Origin: a virus
UHGV virus genome: UHGV-0116456
DNA: 30,121 bases
Direction: 5' to 3' (one strand)
The stretch's first letter is position 1; the number at the start of each line of letters is the position of its first letter. Under the pieces are notes generated by a model. The model searched no databases, was not told the DNA's origin, and saw only the letters and a program-made list of their open reading frames with translations. Shown one piece after another: positions 23,064 through 30,121 of the stretch. A program made the position numbers and the translations under genes.

Positions 23064-24899
23064 TTAGATTTTCTGAAAATCCATATCCTCTGCATCCTCT
23101 TCTTGACCTATGTAGAGGACAACGCATTCGGTCAAAACGCCGTTAATCCGTTTTCCCCTTGTGTTGTTTTTTTGGCGTGTTTGTATCAGCCCGTTCTGCT
23201 TCAGGTAACTGATTAGAGCGGCGCTGGAAAACCCGGCGTCCTCCACAGCCTTCTGAAACACGGACCGAATAATAAAGGCCCAATCCCCTTCGATCAATCC
23301 GTAGATATCGCCCGTGTCATTCCCTTCCCGGAGCCGGTTGGCGTTTTGGGATACCCAGTCGCACATATACCGGTATCCGCGCTGACCGGCCGACACGGCT
23401 GCCTTGGACTGCAAAAAGTCCACAATTTCAGATACCGTCAAGGCGCATCCGTCCTTGAATATCCAATCTTCGGCCAGGATATCCGCCGTCAGAATCATGG
23501 CTGCCGCCATCGCCTGTTTTTCGGTGGTATCGTTTTCGGAAAGAATTTGGAAAATCCCTTGATATAGCTGCGACACCATTTCCGGCTTCTGTGCTGACAA
23601 CGCCTTGACAAACACCCGTCCGGCAAACCCATAGTTTTTCTTCAGTATAGATGACACCCTCATACCGTCGGAGATCACTTTTTCCGATGCTTTGCACTCG
23701 ATGTCGATCACACGGTTCATCGCCCCGGATCCATCCCCGCTGTTGGTCAGAGGGGATTCCCCTGTCGTTAGGATGCAGTTTGCCCAAGTGGGGGTCCGTT
23801 CGATTCCGCCCCCTTTGTTCCCGCGGGTCCTTCCCACCCCTTGGGCTAGGGCATAGACATTGAAATTGGACTTCCCACGGTTGTCCCTGGCCAGCTGCAG
23901 TTCATCCACCAGCACCGGGAGCGAATTGAGAAACGCCGCTGTCTTTTCCAGGCCTACCGCCGTGCTGTTGAACGTCTGTATATACCGCCCGATCTGCGGG
24001 TCTCCCCATACAGAGGCCGCCAGCATCAGTCCGACCGTTTTCCCCGTCCCGCTGTCAACGCCCCATAAATGGACGAAAAACGGGAGCCCACCTAACGGCC
24101 CAACCAATACGCTGGCAAAAGAGGCCGCCAGCATGATCCGGGCCGTCGTACTCATTTTTCGGCATTCTTTGGCGATTTCCAGCCATTCCGTGAACATCCC
24201 ATGATCGGATATACTCCGGAATATGGACCGGAAATTGGCGTCACCGTCGAATATGAGGCCGTCCACATACGGGGAAAACCCCTCCCCCTCGATATGCCCA
24301 AGGCGGCCCACGCTTTTCCGTTCTGGGATGCGGTCATAGTTGATGTTTTCCATGTCGCCGAGATATTGGACCAGGGCGCGGGCGTTTTCGCTGTTGACCG
24401 CCACCCCCATGTCGGCCAAGGCCACAATGCTGTTCGCTGAGGCCAGTATCCTTTTTTCTACAATCACGTCTCGCCATTTTTTCCCTTTTGAATAGGATAT
24501 CTTCAGCTTTTCCGCCCCGGTATCGATGTTGACCAGCCGCTCGACCGGCATAATCGGATGGCAGCAGGCCGTTTCCTCTTTCTGTCCGTTCCAGCGCTCC
24601 ACCCCATTTTCGTTGCAGTTCCATGTCCCTGCATCCAGTTCCAAAGGCTGGCCCTCAAACTGCGTCATATTGCAGATATAGATTTCCGACGCAGCCTTTT
24701 TCAATGATAGGGTGTACTTGCTGTACAGGGTCTTGAAATTCCGAATCCCCGCCTTGGCTGCCTTGACACACATAATCGCCAGATGCCGGTCATGCTGGAA
24801 CGGGTCGTCCTTGTACTGGTACACCTCTTCGTATGGGGCGGTGGAATTCAGGAAATCGTCCTGTGTGTATTCCACATGTTGCGTCATATCGGCATCCAC
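23064..24899 (-). CDS. DUF927-domain replication ATPase/helicase (Cch-like)
   Basis: HPIMPVERLVNIDTGAEK, FFVHLWGVDSGTGKT Walker A, LVDELQ Walker B, GVGRTRG, ILTTGE and GAMNRVIDI motifs. Confidence 0.88.
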   Translation of the reverse strand: MDADMTQHVEYTQDDFLNSTAPYEEVYQYKDDPFQHDRHLAIMCVKAAKAGIRNFKTLYSKYTLSLKKAASEIYICNMTQFEGQPLELDAGTWNCNENGVERWNGQKEETACCHPIMPVERLVNIDTGAEKLKISYSKGKKWRDVIVEKRILASANSIVALADMGVAVNSENARALVQYLGDMENINYDRIPERKSVGRLGHIEGEGFSPYVDGLIFDGDANFRSIFRSISDHGMFTEWLEIAKECRKMSTTARIMLAASFASVLVGPLGGLPFFVHLWGVDSGTGKTVGLMLAASVWGDPQIGRYIQTFNSTAVGLEKTAAFLNSLPVLVDELQLARDNRGKSNFNVYALAQGVGRTRGNKGGGIERTPTWANCILTTGESPLTNSGDGSGAMNRVIDIECKASEKVISDGMRVSSILKKNYGFAGRVFVKALSAQKPEMVSQLYQGIFQILSENDTTEKQAMAAAMILTADILAEDWIFKDGCALTVSEIVDFLQSKAAVSAGQRGYRYMCDWVSQNANRLREGNDTGDIYGLIEGDWAFIIRSVFQKAVEDAGFSSAALISYLKQNGLIQTRQKNNTRGKRINGVLTECVVLYIGQEEDAEDMDFQKI

Positions 24900-25429
24900 T
24901 ATTTCGCCCCGCTTTCCAGTCGTTTTTTCAGCCAGTAGAACAGATGCCCGGAAATGATCCGGGCACTGTCTTCCGGCCTGCTGAATATGACGGTGATGTT
25001 ATACTCGCTCTGCCAGCTCATGATTGAGGCGGCAAATGCTTTTGGATTGAGCCCGCTGCGATAGTTCCCGGACAGGATATCCGCCCAGCTGGCGTTTTCT
25101 ACGAGCAGGAACACTTTAACGCCGGCAGATTTTGCGCGGATAAATTCTGCCTCAAAACGCTTCCGATCTGCGGTGAAATTTCCGGCCAGCTCATCCAGAT
25201 TGGCTTTCCGCTCAATAACCACCTCGTCGGATAACACCACAGGCACCCCGTCCAAGTCCGGCAGCTTACAGGTATAATCCCCATAGTCAAGCTTCCCGCG
25301 TTCATACGGCCGTTTCATGGCCTTTAGCCCGGATTCAATATGTGACCACACCTGTTCCCGCGTATCAACCACCACCGTCATGGTTTTCAGCAGCATCTCA
25401 ATTTCCTTTTGGGTATACTGCCTCTTCAT
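24899..25429 (-). CDS. ERCC4-domain nuclease (probable junction resolvase)
   Basis: VVDTREQ, KLDYGDY and IERKANLDEL give the ERCC4/XPF signature. Confidence 0.9.
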   Translation of the reverse strand: MKRQYTQKEIEMLLKTMTVVVDTREQVWSHIESGLKAMKRPYERGKLDYGDYTCKLPDLDGVPVVLSDEVVIERKANLDELAGNFTADRKRFEAEFIRAKSAGVKVFLLVENASWADILSGNYRSGLNPKAFAASIMSWQSEYNITVIFSRPEDSARIISGHLFYWLKKRLESGAK

Positions 25430-25440
25430 GCCGCACCGCC

Positions 25441-25875
25441 TTAAAACGGAAGGTCATCATCCGGATCCCCGTTTTCATCCAGCAGGACCTTTTGCCGCTC
25501 CGGCATTTCCCCTACCCAGGGCGAAAGAGCTCCTTGCCTGTCCTTGTGGATCAGTCGCCTGACCTTCAGATACCCGTTCTCGTCCTCGATCAGCTTGGCG
25601 GCCCCCACGGCGCCGATCCAGCCCAATATATTCTGATCCCCGAAATCCACATCGAAACTATCATAGAATTCGGTCATATTCCGGTTGAAATATTCGTTTT
25701 TGACGATATAATGCTTAACACGGATATTGGACCCGTTCGGCCGGAGCGTGATGACTAGCATGGCGTTCCCGCTGGTTTTGCTGGTGGTTTCCTCCACGTC
25801 CGTCACCTCAACCCGGTAATCGCCGGGTTCCAGGCGGGGCGCTTCCTCACGTACAAAATTATCAAATATACCCAT
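25441..25875 (-). CDS. Single-stranded DNA-binding protein (DUF669-like)
   Basis: LEPGDYRVEV..SKTSGNAML and acidic C-terminal DDDLPF tail. AAAAGGAG RBS before MGIFDNF. Confidence 0.8.
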   Translation of the reverse strand: MGIFDNFVREEAPRLEPGDYRVEVTDVEETTSKTSGNAMLVITLRPNGSNIRVKHYIVKNEYFNRNMTEFYDSFDVDFGDQNILGWIGAVGAAKLIEDENGYLKVRRLIHKDRQGALSPWVGEMPERQKVLLDENGDPDDDLPF

Positions 25876-25892
25876 GATGTCATATCTCCTTT

Positions 25893-26498
25893 TCAAGTCG
25901 TTTTCCATTTGTCTATATAGGTCTGTGCCAATCCGGAATCCTCAAGGTATTGCATAAACTCCCGGATAGTCCCGTCCGGTTCCGGCACCTCGCCCCGTCG
26001 GTATTCCTCTTGGTATACAAACTTCCCGTCCGATACCACATAAACAAAACGGGAGGCTTCCGGAACGCAATCAAAATACATCGGGTGCTGGGGACTGGAG
26101 ACATATTTACCCGCCTCGTAGCGGCGGACAAACTTGGTATCGTATATGGTGCCGGCTTTCAAGGCATCCAGCCTCCCATAGAGCAGAAAAGGGACGCCGT
26201 CGATCCGCTTGTCCCGATAGGCTGCCACCTGGAATTGGGCCCCTTCCAGTATCCGGCTGGTTTCCAATACCACGTCTGCCCATTCATGGCCCGGTTCCGG
26301 GCGGGTCCCCTCACAGCAGGCCGTGACCATGTTTTCGAATTGGATACCATCCAACATGGCTTTGTTCGGCTGGGTTGGTTCCCGCCGGAGGACTCTTAAA
26401 AAATCCTCGTGGGCTTTTTGAGGGTCATAGGCACCATATTGGTATAGCCAAGAGGACAACAGGGATTGGGTCAGCAGCAGCTTACTCTGCCGGTACAT
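25893..26498 (-). CDS. PD-(D/E)XK exonuclease-like protein
   Basis: LYGRLDALKAGTIYDTK..SPQHPMY motif, adjacent to the recombinase. Confidence 0.78.
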   Translation of the reverse strand: MYRQSKLLLTQSLLSSWLYQYGAYDPQKAHEDFLRVLRREPTQPNKAMLDGIQFENMVTACCEGTRPEPGHEWADVVLETSRILEGAQFQVAAYRDKRIDGVPFLLYGRLDALKAGTIYDTKFVRRYEAGKYVSSPQHPMYFDCVPEASRFVYVVSDGKFVYQEEYRRGEVPEPDGTIREFMQYLEDSGLAQTYIDKWKTT

Positions 26499-27423
26499 AT
26501 GCTCCCGCCCCTTTATCCCATTTTAACCCCAGTTCCTTGATCCGGGCGGACAGCATGGCCCGTATCTCCTTTTCGCTCGTGAGGGCGTGGGCAATTTGCT
26601 TGATTTTTACTCCTGCGGCCTGCGCCGTTTCCCCGTCCATAACGCCCTCGACAATCGTGCGGCCGGCATCCATAGCCGCCAAATAGGCAGGCTCTTCCGC
26701 CTTATACGCGGCTGCCTCCTGCGCAATGTTTTGCCGCGCTTGGTCAAACAGCCTCGACAGGATGTCGTTTGGCGCTCCATTATCCAGATTCGGGATTTCT
26801 ACTAGGCCACTGATTCCATAACACCGTTTCGCAAAATAGTGTTCGTCAGGCCCGAAGCCCATGAACCGTTTGTCCCCAATGATCTGCAGCTGGCATCCAA
26901 GGTCACAGGGCTGCCAGACGATGTTGCGCGCCGCCCCCTCGCACATCAAGCGCTGCTTGACCACATCCCCGTCCTTTTCTTCCACGGTATGGAAGATATA
27001 GATGATGTTTTTGTCCATGGTGTACTGGAGCATGTTGGTAAAACGGACAAACTCGTTTTTGACTGCGCCAAAGCCCTTCAGAGAGATGGCGCCGTTTTTT
27101 TGCCGGTTTAGCGTCGGGTTATCCCGCATGGCCCAGTCCTGTAAATATGTAACCAAGCTGCCCCCCGTATCGATCACAATCGTTTTCGCCCGCCTAACGG
27201 CATCCGACTGCATATCTTTCAGCAGCTCTTCATAATTTTCGCACATAATCGTGGTACGCCTGTGTGCCGCTTTTATACGGCTTACCCCTTTGTCAAGATC
27301 AACCAGGATGGGATCCGGCGCCGACATGGCGAGCGTTGTTTTACCTGTTCCCGGCGCTCCGGCCACAATCATAGAAAACTTTTTTTCGCTGAAATCCATT
27401 TGTTCCGGCTCATAGATAGCCAT
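26482..27423 (-). CDS. Sak4-like AAA ATPase (single-strand annealing recombinase)
   Basis: GAPGTGKTT Walker A, DLDKG and TIVIDT Walker B. Synteny with exonuclease and SSB. Confidence 0.82.
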   Translation of the reverse strand: MAIYEPEQMDFSEKKFSMIVAGAPGTGKTTLAMSAPDPILVDLDKGVSRIKAAHRRTTIMCENYEELLKDMQSDAVRRAKTIVIDTGGSLVTYLQDWAMRDNPTLNRQKNGAISLKGFGAVKNEFVRFTNMLQYTMDKNIIYIFHTVEEKDGDVVKQRLMCEGAARNIVWQPCDLGCQLQIIGDKRFMGFGPDEHYFAKRCYGISGLVEIPNLDNGAPNDILSRLFDQARQNIAQEAAAYKAEEPAYLAAMDAGRTIVEGVMDGETAQAAGVKIKQIAHALTSEKEIRAMLSARIKELGLKWDKGAGAYVPAE

Positions 27424-27441
27424 TCGTCATTTCCTCTCTTT

Positions 27442-27669
27442 CTAGCACTCGGCTCCCGCTTCCAAGACAAAGGTATTATCTTGGGCGTAATACCCATCCG
27501 AAATCGTGTAATAGTTATCGTTCAGGCTAATGGAATGCTCATCCATCGGGTTTTCCCGGATTTGGTTCAATACCATTCGGCTTATCGGTATGTCGAACTT
27601 GAAATGCATCAAGATCGGCGTTTTGGGGTCCTGGTCCGCGATTATACGTCGGATTTCCGCAGCATCCAT
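27442..27669 (-). CDS. Hypothetical protein
   Basis: 75-aa ORF with AAAGGAG upstream. Confidence 0.6.
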   Translation of the reverse strand: MDAAEIRRIIADQDPKTPILMHFKFDIPISRMVLNQIRENPMDEHSISLNDNYYTISDGYYAQDNTFVLEAGAEC

Positions 27670-27670
27670 C

Positions 27671-27761
27671 TTGACAAATCTCTCCTTTCACGTGTATACT
27701 GGATTTAGGTTATTTGTCCTTGCCGCCCTTGCGTGTGCCAGCACGCCGGGCGGTCTTTTTT
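27671..27761 (+). ncRNA. Candidate antisense sRNA unit (promoter, hairpin, U-tract)
   Basis: TTGACA (27671-76), 18-bp spacer, TATACT (27695-700), then GCCGCCC-TT-GCGTG-TGCCAG-CACGC-C-GGGCGGT and TTTTTT (27756-61). Confidence 0.6.
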
Positions 27762-27907
27762 ATGTACCGTTTCCACATCAGCCACGGGTGCGGCCGCGGC
27801 TTGGGTTGTACGAACCGCTCGACGAGCAACCCAACAGCACAGGCCAGCAACCCCGCCGACCCAAACGCCACGCTCGGCCATGATGTTAGCCAGTCCATTT
27901 TTTTCAT
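27710..27907 (-). CDS. Small membrane protein with basic tail
   Basis: One hydrophobic segment and AAAGGAG RBS; the start may be ATG 27898. Confidence 0.55.
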   Translation of the reverse strand: MKKMDWLTSWPSVAFGSAGLLACAVGLLVERFVQPKPRPHPWLMWKRYIKKTARRAGTRKGGKDK

Positions 27908-27916
27908 CTCCTTTCG

Positions 27917-28093
27917 TCAAACCTTAACAGCCTTATACCGCACTACCGTATATGCCTCCGCAATGCGATGACCAGACTTTATTGTCAACGCATCATAATC
28001 CGACTGAGCTTCAGCCAAGGTGGCATACTCTCTTATCACTTCCCACGGAGACCAATCAAACTGTCGCATCTGCATGACATATTTCTTGTTCAT
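27917..28093 (-). CDS. 58-aa hypothetical protein (MNKKYVMQMRQFDWSPWEVIREYATLAEAQ...)
   Basis: Translated by hand. TAAGGAG RBS; fills the gap between neighbours. Confidence 0.65.
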   Translation of the reverse strand: MNKKYVMQMRQFDWSPWEVIREYATLAEAQSDYDALTIKSGHRIAEAYTVVRYKAVKV

Positions 28094-28107
28094 TTTTTCT
28101 CAACTCC

Positions 28108-28350
28108 TTACACCCAAATCTTTTTTCTCCAATCATGCCCGAATTTTCCCGCTTTACAATCGATCAATCGGCCCACATTTATTCTGTATCGTCGCCTATG
28201 CGATCCCGGGGTTAGATCGACATCGGCAAACGGGCATCGGTGTTCTTGGATGAGAAGACGCAGCTCTGCCGCCGTTGTACCATCTTGTAGGTATTTGGCT
28301 GCGTCTACTGTTCTCACCTTTTTTAGACAAAAAAGATCTTCATCCCTCAT
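28108..28350 (-). CDS. Small DNA-binding protein, candidate excisionase / recombination directionality factor
   Basis: VRTVDAAKYL..LRLLIQ..CPFA..RRRYRIN resembles the winged-helix Xis pattern. Early-operon position after cro. Confidence 0.5.
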   Translation of the reverse strand: MRDEDLFCLKKVRTVDAAKYLQDGTTAAELRLLIQEHRCPFADVDLTPGSHRRRYRINVGRLIDCKAGKFGHDWRKKIWV

Positions 28351-28412
28351 GCGATCATCTCCTTGTATTTGTTGTGTTTATTACGATTTTAGTGTGATTA
28401 ATTCGAAATCGA

Positions 28413-28441
28413 TTGAATTATCTGATACGATGTGATATGAT
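28413..28441 (+). promoter_or_regulatory. Promoter of the SHOCT moron
   Basis: TTGAAT, 17-bp spacer, TGaTATGAT (extended -10). Confidence 0.65.
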
Positions 28442-28462
28442 GCGAGAGAAAGGAGCGATATT

Positions 28463-28813
28463 ATGGATGGTTCGTCGAATAACGCGTATGAATTAGGGCA
28501 GAGCATTGGGGATGCGATCGGAAGTGCGATTGTCTTGCTTTGGGTCGTTTTAATTGTTGTTGGCGTTCTGTTCGTTGTTCTTCTGGTATGGTTCATCTGG
28601 ATCATGACGAGGATTAAGCAAGAAAACGTCAAGACAAATAAACTGTTAAATGATTTTATGAAAATCGTATCTCGTACTAGCTCCGGAAAATCATTGATGG
28701 GATCGGATATATCCGTGTCTGATGAATTAGCGAAATATAAGGATTTACTAGACCATAACGCCATAACGGAAGAGGAATATAATCTAAAAAAAATACAGCT
28801 CCTCAATAAATAG
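28463..28813 (+). CDS. Single-pass membrane protein with C-terminal SHOCT domain
   Basis: Long TM helix and DELAKYKDLLDHNAITEEEYNLKKIQLL SHOCT signature. AAAGGAG RBS. Confidence 0.85.
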   Translation: MDGSSNNAYELGQSIGDAIGSAIVLLWVVLIVVGVLFVVLLVWFIWIMTRIKQENVKTNKLLNDFMKIVSRTSSGKSLMGSDISVSDELAKYKDLLDHNAITEEEYNLKKIQLLNK

Positions 28814-28829
28814 TTCCTTTTTCCACCAC

Positions 28830-28858
28830 CCCGCCCTCTCCTTGGGGGCGGTTTTTTT
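28830..28858 (+). terminator. Intrinsic terminator of the SHOCT gene
   Basis: CCGCCCTC-TCCTT-GGGGGCGG followed by T7. Confidence 0.8.
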
Positions 28859-29093
28859 ATGCGCCTTTTTGATCGACGGAATCCTCCCCTCTCCTGCCTT
28901 CCGGCGAAAAGTCTAAAGGGCTTTTTTCAAGAAATTTGCACACGGATAAAAATTCATCCGCCCTTAGACTTCTTTTTCCTGAAAAGCAAGAATATACTTT
29001 GCCGTAAGGTATGCCTGTCTTTTTCGATAGGTTGAGAATCGATACCCCTTTGTCTCGCGCGAACTCAACTAAACGCTTTGTCGAAATGTCCAT
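28857..29093 (-). CDS. Cro-like HTH regulator
   Basis: LSKKTGIPYGKVYSCFSGKRSLRADEF HTH; GGAGGTG RBS; divergent from cI. Confidence 0.82.
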   Translation of the reverse strand: MDISTKRLVEFARDKGVSILNLSKKTGIPYGKVYSCFSGKRSLRADEFLSVCKFLEKSPLDFSPEGRRGEDSVDQKGA

Positions 29094-29107
29094 CAAGTCA
29101 CCTCCGA

Positions 29108-29223
29108 TTCTTCAAATTGAAGATCACGCTCTTATTATATTCTTCATATTTTGGAATGTCAAGATATATTTTCCGAAATTTGAAGAAAATTTTATTGACA
29201 CCGAAAAATATACGTGATATTCT
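29108..29223. promoter_or_regulatory. Lysis/lysogeny switch: divergent promoters and three operators
   Basis: Leftward TTGACA(29162-57)-17-TATAAT(29139-34) and rightward TTGACA(29195-200)-17-TATTCT(29218-23). TTCTTCAwATT operators at 29108-29124, 29140-29156 and 29171-29187 (the last inverted). Confidence 0.85.
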
Positions 29224-29243
29224 TTTAGCGCGGAGGCGATGAT

Positions 29244-29633
29244 ATGTCTAACAACATAGGTAACCATCTGAGAAAAGCTAGAACGGAGTCCGGGCGTTCG
29301 GTTAAAGACGTGACTTCATTTTTAAAAACCAACGGAGTCGATATTTCCGAAAAGACCGTATACGGATGGGAAAACGGTCATAGTCAACCGTCGCCAGATT
29401 GCTTGCTGCTTCTGTGCCGATATTATGGTATTGAGGATGTGCTTGGTTATTTTGGGTATAAAGAATCCTCGCTTGATGGAGGACCCACAAGCGAGGAAAA
29501 ATTAGCTAATATGTTATACGAATCGCTACAATCGTCTGGTTATTTAAAACCAGGCGAGGATTTGACGCCAAAACAATTTGAATTTCTTGATGGGCTGTCG
29601 GCTATGTTAAGCGCTTTTTTTGATCGTCGATAG
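29244..29633 (+). CDS. CI-like XRE-family repressor without peptidase S24 domain
   Basis: IGNHLRKAR..ISEKTVYGWENGHSQP HTH with a short acidic C-terminus; GGAGG RBS. Confidence 0.85.
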   Translation: MSNNIGNHLRKARTESGRSVKDVTSFLKTNGVDISEKTVYGWENGHSQPSPDCLLLLCRYYGIEDVLGYFGYKESSLDGGPTSEEKLANMLYESLQSSGYLKPGEDLTPKQFEFLDGLSAMLSAFFDRR

Positions 29634-29735
29634 AGCTTTTGCAACCGCAACGGCATGTTTCCTTTTTGAAATGTTATGCGCCAGCTTGGCCACCAATGGT
29701 GGCACGTCATATTTATTTTTTTCTTTGTCGCTCAC
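29607..29735 (-). CDS. 42-aa basic protein overlapping the cI 3' end
   Basis: The GTG start overlaps the upstream stop (GTGA) with GAGGGGG upstream. Sequence MSDKEKNKYDVPPLVAKLAHNISKRKHAVAVAKALSTIKKSA. Confidence 0.5.
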   Translation of the reverse strand: MSDKEKNKYDVPPLVAKLAHNISKRKHAVAVAKALSTIKKSA

Positions 29736-29953
29736 ACCGGCGCCCCCTCTCCGGCCAAAGAGCCTTGAAGCATGTCCCACATGCGCCGATGCATCCGTAC
29801 CCGCTCGTGATCTCTGAGGCATAAATATAGAGCGTCGTACCATCTCAAATCCATTACCTTGTGTTCCGGGTGGATGGCCCATCTTCCCGACCATAAAGCC
29901 TTAAATAAGGCTCTCGACGCAATTTTTTCCGGTGTTGACACAGCGCGACACAT
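29732..29953 (-). CDS. 73-aa hypothetical protein, candidate SOS-induced antirepressor
   Basis: Strong AAGGAGGGG RBS; first ORF downstream of the LexA-box promoter. Confidence 0.6.
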   Translation of the reverse strand: MCRAVSTPEKIASRALFKALWSGRWAIHPEHKVMDLRWYDALYLCLRDHERVRMHRRMWDMLQGSLAGEGAPV

Positions 29954-30105
29954 AAACGACCCCTCCTTATTTTTCCAACAGCAGACGCCGCAAGTCTGCC
30001 ATCAACATTTATTCGACCATATTTTACAAATCACTACAGGTAAATGTTGCCAATGTCCGACAAAATTACTACATTACGCCTTTTCTTCTTGCCTTTTGTA
30101 ACGCT

Positions 30106-30121
30106 ATTATAGAACAAATGC
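30106..30121 (-). promoter_or_regulatory. Promoter with LexA-like box spanning the circular junction (continues at 1-13)
   Basis: -10 TATAAT at 30111-30106. Joining to base 1 gives a 17-bp spacer, -35 TTGCAA (8-13) and GAAC-AAAT-GCTC, one mismatch from GAAC-N4-GTTC. Confidence 0.7.

Larger units (their letters stand above)
1..30121. mobile_element. Temperate siphophage genome (HK97-type head, long non-contractile tail), apparently complete and in excised circular form
   Basis: Lysogeny, replication, packaging, head, tail and lysis modules are all present. attP joins integrase to the lysis end, and a promoter is reconstituted across the window ends. Confidence 0.92.

Noticed and set aside
22717..23216. 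ORFs across the iteron region (22717-23001, 22761-22994, 22920-23216) and the N-terminal extension of 22414-22821
   Set aside because: Low-complexity translations of the repeat array. The convincing RBS lies before ATG 22764.
25893..26498. Cas4 / CRISPR adaptation gene
   Set aside because: PD-(D/E)XK motif without the four-Cys Fe-S cluster pattern, in a standard Sak4-exonuclease-SSB recombination module.

Overview
The window reads as a complete, circularly permuted ~30.1 kb genome of a temperate Firmicutes (Clostridia-like) siphophage in its excised form. Two observations support this. The integrase and the lysis module are joined across an attP site: a 52-bp 3' half of tRNA-Pro(GGG) flanked on both sides by paired CGTAGCAAC arm repeats. 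The last and first bases of the window also join to rebuild one sigma-A promoter (TTGCAA-17bp-TATAAT) with a LexA-like box in its spacer. Gene order is hicBA, tyrosine integrase, attP, a small accessory region, then on the minus strand lysis, tail, HK97-type head and packaging, late activator, many small early genes, a DUF927 helicase with an iteron-rich candidate origin, ERCC4 nuclease, SSB, exonuclease, Sak4-like recombinase, a SHOCT membrane moron (+), a cro/cI switch, and a candidate SOS-controlled antirepressor operon. The most unusual elements are an orphan, highly structured ~180-nt ncRNA with its own promoter and terminator next to attP, the LexA-box operon converging on a protease-less repressor, a short antisense sRNA in the early operon, a primase-less replication module, and 41/58-bp identical boxes bounding variable early-gene cassettes. 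All family assignments come from motif recognition and synteny; no database searches were run.
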